NCBI GenBank assembly: GCA_028408365.1
Contig: JAOOLD010000002.1
Coordinates: 13,183 to 77,182, forward strand
Length of the DNA: 64,000 bases
Origin: Bacteroidota bacterium
GTDB taxonomy: Bacteria; Bacteroidota; Bacteroidia; Flavobacteriales; BACL11
Direction: 5' to 3'
In this document: positions 28,784-38,377 of the stretch, one piece after another
Position numbering within the stretch: position 1 is the first letter of the stretch
How the letters are laid out: each line of letters opens with the position of its first letter
Translations under genes and position numbers: made by a program
Notes under the pieces: generated by a model
What the model saw: the letters and a program-made list of their open reading frames with translations, nothing else
Database searches by the model: none
What the model was told of the DNA's origin: nothing

Positions 28784-29062
28784 TTGAAGAAACCCTTAAA
28801 TACCCCACCTAACTCACAATGGCTTTCTGGAATTGGTTCAGGATCATGGTTTCATATTCAAAAAATAGGTGAGCTTTACAGAATCAGAAGATTTAGCCCA
28901 AACGGAAGCGTTGAGTGTGATAAGAAGTTTTTATTAACTAATAAGGGCTTTGAAATTAACAATGAGTTTGAATTCACTTATATTTCTCACTGTCAAAAAT
29001 GTACAATTAAACAAGAGGGTCGTCTTTATATTTTTTTATCAAAAGACAAACTTGAATTATGA
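28784..29062 (+). CDS. hypothetical 92-aa protein with CxxC
   Basis: The TTG start lies 2 nt after the upstream TAG. Notable stretches are WLSGIGSGSWF and SHCQKC. It has no signal peptide. Confidence 0.5.
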   Translation: MKKPLNTPPNSQWLSGIGSGSWFHIQKIGELYRIRRFSPNGSVECDKKFLLTNKGFEINNEFEFTYISHCQKCTIKQEGRLYIFLSKDKLEL

Positions 29063-29104
29063 TAAATAAAGTAAATAAAATGTACATTTACCCAAACTTT
29101 TCAA

Positions 29105-30991
29105 ATGAGTGATTTTCTTCAACACGAATGTGGTGTAGCTATGATCAGGCTACTAAAGCCACTGAGTTATTACAAGAAAAAATATAACACATCGTTTTAT
29201 GCATTAAACAAAATGTATTTAATGATGGAAAAGCAAAGAAATAGAGGTCAAGATGGGGTTGGTTTAGTTAATATAAAGCTTGACGTAAAACCCGGGGAAA
29301 GATTTATAAGCAGAAAAAGATCCGTCTCTTCCAATCCAATACAAGAAGTATTTAAACACATAAACAGTTATTTTAATAATTTATTGGAAAAAAATAAATT
29401 AAATGATGTTGGTTGGTTAAAAGAAAATCTTCCATTTACAGGTGAAATTTTTTTAGGCCATTTAAGATATGGCACCTATGGTAAAAATAAGATTGAGAAC
29501 TGTCACCCTTTTCTAAGGCAAAATAACTGGAGATCAAGAAATTTGGTGCTTGCAGGCAATTTTAACATGACAAATGTTGACGAACTATTTAATGACTTAG
29601 TTGATTTAGGTCAGCATCCCAAAGAAAAGGCAGATACTGTAACAATATTGGAAAAAATAGGTCATTTCTTAGATGAAGAAAACCAGCGTATTTTCAAAAA
29701 ATACAAGCAGAAAAAATTTAATAAGCAGGAAATTTCAAAAAAAATAGAATCAGAGATCTCATTAGTTGAAATATTAAAAAAGTCAGCAAAACATTGGGAC
29801 GGGGGGTATGTAATTTGTGGCATCATGGGCCATGGTGATTCATTTGCCTTAAGAGATCCAAATGGAATAAGACCAGGCTATTATTACGCAGATGATGAAG
29901 TTGTGGTCATTGCATCGGAAAGGCCAGTAATTCAAACTTCTTTTAACGTAAATATAAATTCTATTAAAGAAATAGGAAGAGGAAACGCTTTGATAATTAA
30001 AAAAAGTGGCCAGGTTTACGAAAAAAACATACAGCCCAAAAAGGAGAGAAAAGCATGTAGTTTTGAAAGAATATATTTTTCAAGAGGGAATGACAGAGAC
30101 ATTTACAAAGAAAGAATTAATCTTGGTAAAAAAGTTTTTAAAAAAGTAATTAAAGCAGTACATGGAGATCTAAGCAACACGGTTTTTTCATATGTTCCAA
30201 ATACTGCAGAGGTTTCTTATTACGGGTTAATCAAAGAGTGTCACAATTATTTAAATAAAGTTAAGAGAGAATACCTTCTAAAAGAACCAAATTATCAAAG
30301 TAAAGAATTTGAAAATTTATTTAACCTTAAAGTTAGGTCTGAAAAAATAGCAATTAAAGATGCTAAGTTGAGAACTTTCATTTCAGCTGATGAGGGCAGA
30401 GAGGACTTGGTCACTCATATCTATGATACAACATATGGAATTGTGAAAAAGAACGACACTTTAGTAATCATAGATGATAGTATTGTTAGGGGTACTACCT
30501 TAAGACAAAGTATTTTAAGAATTTTAGACAGATTAGAGCCAAAAAAAATAATAATCGTTTCTTCAGCACCTCAAATCAGGTATCCAGATTGTTATGGTAT
30601 TGATATGGCTAAGCTGGGTGACTTTATTGCTTTTCAGGCAGCTATTAAACTCATTAATGAAGCTAATAAAAATAATTTAATTTATGAGATATATGAAAAG
30701 TGTAAAAAAGAAAATGAAAAGAAAGTAAATATTAAAAACTGTGTCAAAGAAATATACAAACCATTTTCGGCGGAACAAATTTCTAACAAAATCAGTGAGT
30801 TATTAAAACCAAAAGGAGTTACAGCAGAAGTTGAAATTATTTATCAGTCGATCGAAGACCTTCACAGCTCATGTCCAGAGCACACAGGTGACTGGTATTT
30901 TAGTGGTAATTATCCAACCACTGGAGGTAACAAGGTTGCTAACAGAGCTTTTATAAACTACGTAGAAAAAATTAACAAAAGAGCTTACTAA
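29105..30991 (+). CDS. purF: amidophosphoribosyltransferase (long form)
   Basis: It has an N-terminal Ntn-type nucleophile context (HECGV) and the PRPP loop LVIIDDSIVRGTT. Confidence 0.85.
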   Translation: MSDFLQHECGVAMIRLLKPLSYYKKKYNTSFYALNKMYLMMEKQRNRGQDGVGLVNIKLDVKPGERFISRKRSVSSNPIQEVFKHINSYFNNLLEKNKLNDVGWLKENLPFTGEIFLGHLRYGTYGKNKIENCHPFLRQNNWRSRNLVLAGNFNMTNVDELFNDLVDLGQHPKEKADTVTILEKIGHFLDEENQRIFKKYKQKKFNKQEISKKIESEISLVEILKKSAKHWDGGYVICGIMGHGDSFALRDPNGIRPGYYYADDEVVVIASERPVIQTSFNVNINSIKEIGRGNALIIKKSGQVYEKNIQPKKERKACSFERIYFSRGNDRDIYKERINLGKKVFKKVIKAVHGDLSNTVFSYVPNTAEVSYYGLIKECHNYLNKVKREYLLKEPNYQSKEFENLFNLKVRSEKIAIKDAKLRTFISADEGREDLVTHIYDTTYGIVKKNDTLVIIDDSIVRGTTLRQSILRILDRLEPKKIIIVSSAPQIRYPDCYGIDMAKLGDFIAFQAAIKLINEANKNNLIYEIYEKCKKENEKKVNIKNCVKEIYKPFSAEQISNKISELLKPKGVTAEVEIIYQSIEDLHSSCPEHTGDWYFSGNYPTTGGNKVANRAFINYVEKINKRAY

Positions 30992-30995
30992 CCTA

Positions 30996-33155
30996 TTATT
31001 TTCTGCTTTCAGCAATTGTCATCTCATCAATTAGATAACCAGCGTCAGCATATTTGTCTATTATAAAAAGTATGTAGCGTATATCAACAGAAATACATCT
31101 TTGTAAACCTTGTTCATAAACAATATCACCACTCATTGCCTCCCAGTTGCCATCAAAAGCAGTTCCTACTAATTCACCATAAGCATTTAAAACTGGGCTT
31201 CCAGAATTACCACCGGTTATGTCGTTATTATCAATAAAGTTTACTCTAAGACTTCCATCTGAATCAGCATATCCTCCAAAGTTTTTATCGTTGTATAAAT
31301 CAATTAATTTCTTAGGAACAACAAATTCTTCATTAGTGCTATCTTCTTTTTCAATGATTCCCTTAACAGTAGTGTAATAATCATAATGAACAGCATCAGA
31401 GGGGACATAATCCTTAACATTTCCATAACTTAACCTCAAAGTTGAATTTGCATTTGAGTAGAACTGGCTTGAACTATTCATTTCTTTTAAAGCTGAAATA
31501 AAAAGTCTATTATTTTTTGAAAGCTCATCTCTAACTTCTTTTCTTGTTTGACTAATATTGTTAGTGTAGTAAGAGTAAATCGATTCGATAATTTGATATG
31601 CAGGGTCACTACTTAGCTTATACAAGCTGGGAGTTTTAATAAATTTACTGAACTTGTTTTGACTAGAGTAAATAGATTTTTTAAAAACCTGAGATGCAAA
31701 ATAATCAAAATCCAAACTCCTACTAAATGGTTGGTTTTTAATTTTTTTAAATATAGAAGGGTGTTGGTACTCAGGAACGTTATAGTAATACATCTCTAAC
31801 ATTGCTGATAACATTTTTTCATCTATTGATTCGTCATAATTTTTGTAATAATTAACAGCTCTTTTGTCTAGTTCCTCAAGCAAGCCTGTGTTTCGACTTT
31901 CAATAGCCTTTTTAATTTCTCTTTGCATACTGTATGAAAAATATAAAATTTCAGGACCTCTGAAAATAGCTTCGTTAAGATAAGTTCTTGAAATAAGAAT
32001 AGCTTCGTTTTTTTTGTATGCATTTTCTATTGAGGGTAAGACATTTTTATATTTCTCAACTTTTATGTCACCGCCAGAATGTATCCATTTTTTCAAACCT
32101 TTTTCTTGATTTTTTTTCTTTTCTAAAACTTTCAGTTTTCTAAGCCCTCGATTTTGTCCAATGTAGTATTTCCAATAATTTGATACACTGCTATATTTCG
32201 TTGCATATTTTAAATATGTTTCTCTGTTCTTGTCCATACCCTCCTTCATTATCTCTAGCTTCTTTGAGCGAATATCAATTATTGTTTTGTTTTTAAGTTT
32301 CAATGCTTGACTAACGCCAAAAGAAGTTAAGTATCTATCTGTTGATCCCGGAAAGCCATATACCATAGTGAAATCATTATTTTCCACCCCATCAAGTTGA
32401 ATTTTAAAATGGTATTTAGGTTTGTAAGGAACATTTTCTTTAGAGTATTTAGCAGGTTTGTTATTTGTGTCAGCATAAATTCGAAGTAGAGTAAAATCTC
32501 CAGTGTGCCTTGGCCACATCCAGTTGTCAGTGTCTCCACCAAATTTTCCAATCGAAGATGGAGGTGCTCCAACTAATCTGACATCTAAAAATGTTTCATA
32601 AATGAAAAGATAAAATTCATTTCCCCCATAAAATGACCTTAACCTTGAAGTATAGCGAGATGTATCGGAAATTTCATTTGAAATTTCATTAGCAACAGCT
32701 CGTATTTTTTTTCTTCTATCGTCCTCAGTATTTGAATCGTTAATTTTTGAAAAGACTCTTTCAGTAACATTTTCAATTCTAACTAGAATCGATGCAGTTA
32801 AATTTTCATTAGCAAGCTCTTCAGATTTGTTCATTGCCCAAAACCCATTTTTTAAGTAATCTTTTTCAGTTGTACTATGAAATTGAATTAAATCATCTGC
32901 GCAGTGATGATTTGTTAATAGCAGCCCTTCTTTAGAAATAATCTCTCCAGTGCAACTGCCCCAAGACAAAGCAACAACGGCATCTTTTAGCGATGATTTG
33001 TTTACATTATATATATCATCTGCACTCAAAGATAATCCCTTAGATTGCATGTCATCAATATTCATAGTGCTAATCAAATTAGGTAGCCACATTCCCTCAT
33101 CAGCACGAGATGAGACTGATGTAGAAAAAATAAAAACTAAAAAAAGAATTCTCAT
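30996..33155 (-). CDS. S46 family dipeptidyl-peptidase (DPP7/DPP11-like)
   Basis: A signal peptide is followed by ADEGMWLP. The catalytic Ser motif GGNSGSPV is present. The protein is 719 aa. Confidence 0.85.
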   Translation of the reverse strand: MRILFLVFIFSTSVSSRADEGMWLPNLISTMNIDDMQSKGLSLSADDIYNVNKSSLKDAVVALSWGSCTGEIISKEGLLLTNHHCADDLIQFHSTTEKDYLKNGFWAMNKSEELANENLTASILVRIENVTERVFSKINDSNTEDDRRKKIRAVANEISNEISDTSRYTSRLRSFYGGNEFYLFIYETFLDVRLVGAPPSSIGKFGGDTDNWMWPRHTGDFTLLRIYADTNNKPAKYSKENVPYKPKYHFKIQLDGVENNDFTMVYGFPGSTDRYLTSFGVSQALKLKNKTIIDIRSKKLEIMKEGMDKNRETYLKYATKYSSVSNYWKYYIGQNRGLRKLKVLEKKKNQEKGLKKWIHSGGDIKVEKYKNVLPSIENAYKKNEAILISRTYLNEAIFRGPEILYFSYSMQREIKKAIESRNTGLLEELDKRAVNYYKNYDESIDEKMLSAMLEMYYYNVPEYQHPSIFKKIKNQPFSRSLDFDYFASQVFKKSIYSSQNKFSKFIKTPSLYKLSSDPAYQIIESIYSYYTNNISQTRKEVRDELSKNNRLFISALKEMNSSSQFYSNANSTLRLSYGNVKDYVPSDAVHYDYYTTVKGIIEKEDSTNEEFVVPKKLIDLYNDKNFGGYADSDGSLRVNFIDNNDITGGNSGSPVLNAYGELVGTAFDGNWEAMSGDIVYEQGLQRCISVDIRYILFIIDKYADAGYLIDEMTIAESRK

Positions 33156-33172
33156 TTTATAAAAAACATAAT

Positions 33173-33913
33173 CTAATTAATATCATTATTAATTTTATCC
33201 CAAAGTAATTTTCTAGCCTTAAGACATTTGATGGCAACCTCTTGAACTTCATCCCACTTTTTTTCATCATCTCCACAAAGATTACAAATAAGTTCAAGCG
33301 CTAAAGGACCGTGATCACCGCCATCTAATTCAATGTGCCTCTCTAGATAATAAACAAATTTATCAAAAGACTTCTCTTTGTTCATGTCGTTGACTATAGC
33401 TAAAAACATATCAGGAATTAAATCTTCTCTTCCAAATGTAAATGCTGATGCAATTTCATGAGATTTTCCACCTTCGATTATAGAAAATGTAGTATTCAAA
33501 AAGCTATCAATATCTTCATTAATTTTAGGTCTTGAATCTTTGTTTAAATTTTTCATAAATGTTTCAATTGTATTTGTTTTAGCGTCACATTCTTTCATAG
33601 CCTCAAGATACAATTCAAAATGAGAAGCAGGGTTTCCTTCAGAGTCAACATCGCTTTCCTCTTCTAAAACAATTGAGTTTACTAGTCTTCTAATTTTTGG
33701 ATCACCAATTGGTCTCCAAGGAATTTCAAAACATGTTAGGTTTATTTGCAAAGCTTTAAGAAGAGACATAAAATCCCAAACCGCAAACACGTGTGACTCC
33801 ATAAGTTTTTTGATATCAGACTTAGTTTTTAGCTTAGAATAAAGCTTATGTTTTACTATTTCATTTCTGTAAGGTTGTAATTTTTTGTTCAGTTCTAAAA
33901 TTTTCGGATTCAT
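33173..33913 (-). CDS. DUF3050-like protein (heme-oxygenase-like helical fold family, function unknown)
   Basis: HVFAVWDFMSLLKALQ and YYLERHIELDGGDHGPLA match my recollection of DUF3050. It sits on the same strand, 37 nt after the previous gene. Confidence 0.55.
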   Translation of the reverse strand: MNPKILELNKKLQPYRNEIVKHKLYSKLKTKSDIKKLMESHVFAVWDFMSLLKALQINLTCFEIPWRPIGDPKIRRLVNSIVLEEESDVDSEGNPASHFELYLEAMKECDAKTNTIETFMKNLNKDSRPKINEDIDSFLNTTFSIIEGGKSHEIASAFTFGREDLIPDMFLAIVNDMNKEKSFDKFVYYLERHIELDGGDHGPLALELICNLCGDDEKKWDEVQEVAIKCLKARKLLWDKINNDIN

Positions 33914-33950
33914 TTTTTTTTACAAAATTACATCATGTTTTTAATATGCA

Positions 33951-34457
33951 CTATTTTTTTTTCATATAAATTGGAACCGAAGAGCAGGCTTCACCAAACA
34001 TTAATTTTTTAACAACTGGTAATAATAATTTAGTTATTTCAACATATAAATCTGAACCTATATCTACATCACTACAACCTTTAACTAAAACAATTTTTTG
34101 ATTATAATTTTTTATGTCTAGCGTTTTTATTTTTTCGATGGCTAATTGATTTGTAACTATCTTTTTGTCACCAAAATAAGCGTTAGCTTCAACTATGTTT
34201 AAATATGAAACAATGAGCATATAAGCCCATTTTGGTAAAATAGTATCAGCAGAGCAAAAAACAGCTACATTTTTGTTAGATAATTTTCTCCAATTATAAT
34301 TTGATAAACTCTTTCTAAATTCTTTTTCAACAACAATATTGTTTTCTGTTAAAAAACAACATATATCAAGCTCTATAACTTCTTTTGTGATAAAGTTAGA
34401 TAAGTCAATGTTAATTAGACCACTTTTTTCAACACGATTTACGATTTCTTTAGACAT
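33951..34457 (-). CDS. DUF2480-like protein (function unknown)
   Basis: The N-terminus reads MSKEIVNRVEKSGLINIDLSNF. The start at ATG 34457 lies 1 nt after the sufT stop. The track ORF starts at 34472. Confidence 0.5.
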   Translation of the reverse strand: MSKEIVNRVEKSGLINIDLSNFITKEVIELDICCFLTENNIVVEKEFRKSLSNYNWRKLSNKNVAVFCSADTILPKWAYMLIVSYLNIVEANAYFGDKKIVTNQLAIEKIKTLDIKNYNQKIVLVKGCSDVDIGSDLYVEITKLLLPVVKKLMFGEACSSVPIYMKKK

Positions 34458-34458
34458 T

Positions 34459-34779
34459 TCAAAGCATTCCAAGTTCTAATTTAGCCTCATCACTCATCAT
34501 ATCTTTGTTCCAGGCAGGTTCAAATACCACATTAACTTTACAAGACTTTATTTCATCTATACTCTTAATTTTTTTCTCAATGTCTAAAGGAAGTGACTCT
34601 GCAACAGGGCAGTTCGGAGATGTTAATGTCATGTCAATTTCGACATCATAATCCTCATTAATCCTTACATCATATATTAATCCAAGGTCATAAATATTTA
34701 CTGGGATTTCAGGATCAAAAATTTCACATAAATTTTTTATAATTATGTCTCCGAGTATTGAAATGTTGTCTTTATCCAT
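34459..34779 (-). CDS. sufT: SUF system Fe-S assembly protein (DUF59/MIP18, SufT-like)
   Basis: Motifs IYDLGLIYDV and TLTSPNCPVAE are present. Confidence 0.75.
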   Translation of the reverse strand: MDKDNISILGDIIIKNLCEIFDPEIPVNIYDLGLIYDVRINEDYDVEIDMTLTSPNCPVAESLPLDIEKKIKSIDEIKSCKVNVVFEPAWNKDMMSDEAKLELGML

Positions 34780-35197
34780 TTTTTTCTTTGAATCCGATCG
34801 CGTAAATTTTTATTTGCTTTATCATTGACATTAATCCATTTGCTCTTGTTGCTGACAAGTGACTTTTTAAACCAATTTTATCTATAAATTCAAGCTTTGA
34901 GTTAATAATATCATCTGGTGACTGATTTGAAAAAACTTTTATTAAAAGAGCAATTATTCCTTTTGTCATTATAGCGTCACTGTATGCATGAAAAGTAATT
35001 TTACTATTTTTTTGTTTCGCATATAGCCATACTTTACTCTGACAACCATTTATTAGAAATTCATCTTTCATGAACTTTTTATTAAAATCAATTTCATCTT
35101 TTCCAAGCTCAATTAAATATTCATATTTTTCTATCCAATCAGAGAACAAACTTAATTCTTCAACAATTTCATTTTGTACTTTTTCAACGCTAGTCAT
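34772..35197 (-). CDS. sufE: SufE family sulfur acceptor
   Basis: The conserved Cys context INGCQSKVWL is present. I chose ATG 35197, which overlaps the sufS TGA. Confidence 0.8.
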   Translation of the reverse strand: MTSVEKVQNEIVEELSLFSDWIEKYEYLIELGKDEIDFNKKFMKDEFLINGCQSKVWLYAKQKNSKITFHAYSDAIMTKGIIALLIKVFSNQSPDDIINSKLEFIDKIGLKSHLSATRANGLMSMIKQIKIYAIGFKEKNG

Positions 35198-36411
35198 CAA
35201 TACAACATTTTGTAAGCCCTGCTTAGGCAATCAAAGAAATAATCGATTTCATTTTTGGTATTATAAATTCCAAAAGATGCTCTAATGGTTCCAGCCAAAT
35301 TAAATTTTTTATGTAGAGGCTGAGTACAATGATGGCCGGTTCTAACTGCAACTCCCATATTGTCTAAAAGCACACCAATGTCATAGTGATGTACTTTTTT
35401 TAAATTGAATGAAGCGATTGCTGATTTATTTAAACTTGTTCCAAAAGGTTCATAATACTCAAGTTTATTTGATTTTTCGTTGTAATGATTTAACAACATA
35501 GCCTCATATTCAAATATTAGACCTAAATTAATATCTTCTATAAATTCAATAGCTTTACTCAAAGCAATCACTCCTGATATATTTGGAGTTCCTGCTTCAA
35601 ACTTCGATGGCAACTTTGCATATGTTGTTTTTTCAAAAGTTACCATTTCAATCATTTCACCCCCTCCTTGATATGGAGGCAACTTTTCTAAAATTTCTTC
35701 TTTCCCATATAAAATACCTACTCCTGTTGGGCCATATAATTTATGAGCTGAAAAGCAGTAAAAGTCTACATCTAACTCTGTCACATTTACTTTTTGATGA
35801 GCAATTGCTTGTGCTCCATCAATGAAAACTTTAGTATCAAATTTGCGAGCTAATTTAGTTATTTCAGTAATTGGATTTATAGTTCCTAAGGTGTTAGATA
35901 TGTGGGTGATTGATAAAATTTTTGTTTTTTTATTTAAAAGCTTTTCTAAATGGTCTATATCTATTTCTCCTTCTTTAGTGACTGACACAACCTTTAGTTT
36001 TGCACCAGTTTTTTCAGCGCATAGTTGCCAAGGAACAATATTAGAATGATGTTCCATTTCAGAGATTAAAATTTCATCCCCACTTTTAAGAAATTTTTGG
36101 AATGATGTGGCTACTAAGTTAATTGAATCAGTTGTTCCTTTAGTAAACACAATCTCCTCTTCTTTCTCAGCTCCAATAAACTCTTTTACTTTTTTTCTGC
36201 TTTGTTCAAAATCTTCTGTTGATATGTTACTGAGATGATGTACTCCTCTGTGTATATTTGAGTTCTGTTTATTAAAATAATCTCTTATACTATTTGTAAC
36301 TTGAGTAGGTGTTTGTGTCGTGGCAGCATTGTCAAAATACACAAGTTTATTATCGTTAACTTTTACATCAAGTATTGGAAAACTACTTCTAATTTTTTCA
36401 AAATCAATCAC
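35197..36411 (-). CDS. sufS: cysteine desulfurase SufS
   Basis: The PLP-lysine motif FSAHKLYGPTG and the active-site Cys motif RTGHHCTQP are present. Confidence 0.9.
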   Translation of the reverse strand: MIDFEKIRSSFPILDVKVNDNKLVYFDNAATTQTPTQVTNSIRDYFNKQNSNIHRGVHHLSNISTEDFEQSRKKVKEFIGAEKEEEIVFTKGTTDSINLVATSFQKFLKSGDEILISEMEHHSNIVPWQLCAEKTGAKLKVVSVTKEGEIDIDHLEKLLNKKTKILSITHISNTLGTINPITEITKLARKFDTKVFIDGAQAIAHQKVNVTELDVDFYCFSAHKLYGPTGVGILYGKEEILEKLPPYQGGGEMIEMVTFEKTTYAKLPSKFEAGTPNISGVIALSKAIEFIEDINLGLIFEYEAMLLNHYNEKSNKLEYYEPFGTSLNKSAIASFNLKKVHHYDIGVLLDNMGVAVRTGHHCTQPLHKKFNLAGTIRASFGIYNTKNEIDYFFDCLSRAYKMLY

Positions 36412-37622
36412 AATAAATCCTTTTCAATTGAAAGTTTTTTTGCTATTTCAGTTTTTGCGTAATCAACAATTTCTTTGGTATTAAGCTTTTCAATAACTTC
36501 AATTAAAAATGCGAAGGTTAAAAGTCCCTTTGCAGTTTTTTCTGAGAAACCACGTGATCTCATATAAAAAAGTGACTTTTTATCAATTTGTCCAATTGTA
36601 CAACCATGACTACATTTCACATCATCAGCATAGATTTCCAGCTGCGGTTTTGTTTTAATACTAGCGCTGTCACTAAATAGTAAATTGTTATTTGACTGGA
36701 ATGCATTTATTTTTTGAGCATCAGGTCTTACCATGATCTTGCCGTTAAAAACTCCTTTAGTATTGTCAAAATATACACCTTTATATGATTCATTACTCAA
36801 GCAGTTTTGAAATTTGTGATCAACAAATGTATGGTGATCAACAAAATTAGACTTGTCAATGATAGTTATGCCGTTCATATTACTTGTGCAATTTTCATTG
36901 TTTTGGTAAAAGTTTAGATTATTTCTAATAAAAGATCCATCAAAACTAAATGTATGAACATTGGCAGTTGAGTCTCTGTCTTGGTCAATTAAAGTGTTAT
37001 CGATGGTGTGCGTGTTGTCATTATAACTCTGTAATTTGCTAATTTCAAAAAAGCTATTTCTCTTAACATCTGCGTGCATGCAACTATTTATTAGTGTGTT
37101 TTTCCCTATGTTGCAAAATCTCTCAACTAATTTTACGTTTGAACCAGAACCACAAGTAATCTTAGTTCTAAGCTGCAAAAAGTAATCATTATTATTATTG
37201 ATGAAATGTAAAATTTCGATAGGATTATCTAAATTTAAATTTTTGTCAAATTTAATTTCATAAGTATTTTTACAAATTGCTTCGTTCAAATAACACAAAG
37301 TACTATTTTTTGGCATGCACAGGTCACTTGTTTGTTTAATACTTACGCCTGATATTTTCGGCTCTGAAAAAATCTTACCATTTTTAAATATTAGCTTATG
37401 CTTAAATCCAAGAGAATATTGTTGAATCATCTCATCATTTAGTTCAAAATCAGAAGACTTTAAGCAATATTTCCTCTTTAAAACTTTTTTTAAAGATGTG
37501 TATTTCCAATCCTCATCTTTTGTTGTCGGAAATCCATTCTCAAGGAAATAATTAAGGCTTTTTTTTTGTGTACTGCTTAAATCAGTATTGATAACATATT
37601 TTTTTATTTCTTCAATCAACAT
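36408..37622 (-). CDS. sufD: Fe-S cluster assembly protein SufD
   Basis: It lies between sufC and sufS. The C-terminal beta-helix region is similar to SufB (QLEIYADDVKCSHG). Confidence 0.8.
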   Translation of the reverse strand: MLIEEIKKYVINTDLSSTQKKSLNYFLENGFPTTKDEDWKYTSLKKVLKRKYCLKSSDFELNDEMIQQYSLGFKHKLIFKNGKIFSEPKISGVSIKQTSDLCMPKNSTLCYLNEAICKNTYEIKFDKNLNLDNPIEILHFINNNNDYFLQLRTKITCGSGSNVKLVERFCNIGKNTLINSCMHADVKRNSFFEISKLQSYNDNTHTIDNTLIDQDRDSTANVHTFSFDGSFIRNNLNFYQNNENCTSNMNGITIIDKSNFVDHHTFVDHKFQNCLSNESYKGVYFDNTKGVFNGKIMVRPDAQKINAFQSNNNLLFSDSASIKTKPQLEIYADDVKCSHGCTIGQIDKKSLFYMRSRGFSEKTAKGLLTFAFLIEVIEKLNTKEIVDYAKTEIAKKLSIEKDLL

Positions 37623-37628
37623 TTTTAA

Positions 37629-38366
37629 TTAATTTAAAAAACTATAACCTTCCTTTTCTAATTTATGAGCTAACGATTTATCACCTGACATTACAATTTT
37701 ACCATCTTTGAGTATGTGTACGAAGTCTGGTACAATATAATTAAGTAGTCTTTGATAATGAGTAATTAAAATTATGGAGTTGGAGCTTGATTTTAATGAA
37801 TTAACCCCATTTGCGACTATTTTAAGAGCGTCTATATCCAAACCTGAATCAGTTTCATCCAAAATAGATAGCTTTGGCTCCATCATTGCCATTTGAAAAA
37901 TTTCATTTCTCTTCTTTTCCCCACCTGAAAAACCTTCATTTAGAGACCTGGACAAATACTCCTTGTCAATGTTTAACAACTCACATTTTTCTTTAAACAA
38001 TTGTAATAGTTCCTTAGCGCTAATATTTTCTTGCCCAAAGGCTTTTCTTTTTTCATTAATGGCTGTTTTTATAAAATTTGAAACGCTTAAGCCAGGAATC
38101 TCAACTGGGTATTGAAATGATAGGAATACCCCTCTGTGTGATCTTTCTTCTGGAGCCATTTCCAATAAGTCGTCACCTTCATATGTAATACTTCCCGAAC
38201 TCACCTCATAATCTTCATTACCTGCGATAACTGAGGATAAAGTGCTTTTACCAGAGCCATTTGGTCCCATGATGGCATGAACCTCGCCTTTATTTACTTT
38301 TAAATTTACTCCATTGAGAATTGTTTTATCCTCAATCTGTGCTTTTAAATTTATAATCTCTAACAT
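37629..38366 (-). CDS. sufC: Fe-S cluster assembly ATPase SufC
   Basis: Walker A (GPNGSGKST), the signature motif FSGGEKKR, and LDETDSGLD are present. Confidence 0.95.
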   Translation of the reverse strand: MLEIINLKAQIEDKTILNGVNLKVNKGEVHAIMGPNGSGKSTLSSVIAGNEDYEVSSGSITYEGDDLLEMAPEERSHRGVFLSFQYPVEIPGLSVSNFIKTAINEKRKAFGQENISAKELLQLFKEKCELLNIDKEYLSRSLNEGFSGGEKKRNEIFQMAMMEPKLSILDETDSGLDIDALKIVANGVNSLKSSSNSIILITHYQRLLNYIVPDFVHILKDGKIVMSGDKSLAHKLEKEGYSFLN

Positions 38367-38377
38367 ATTTATCTTTT

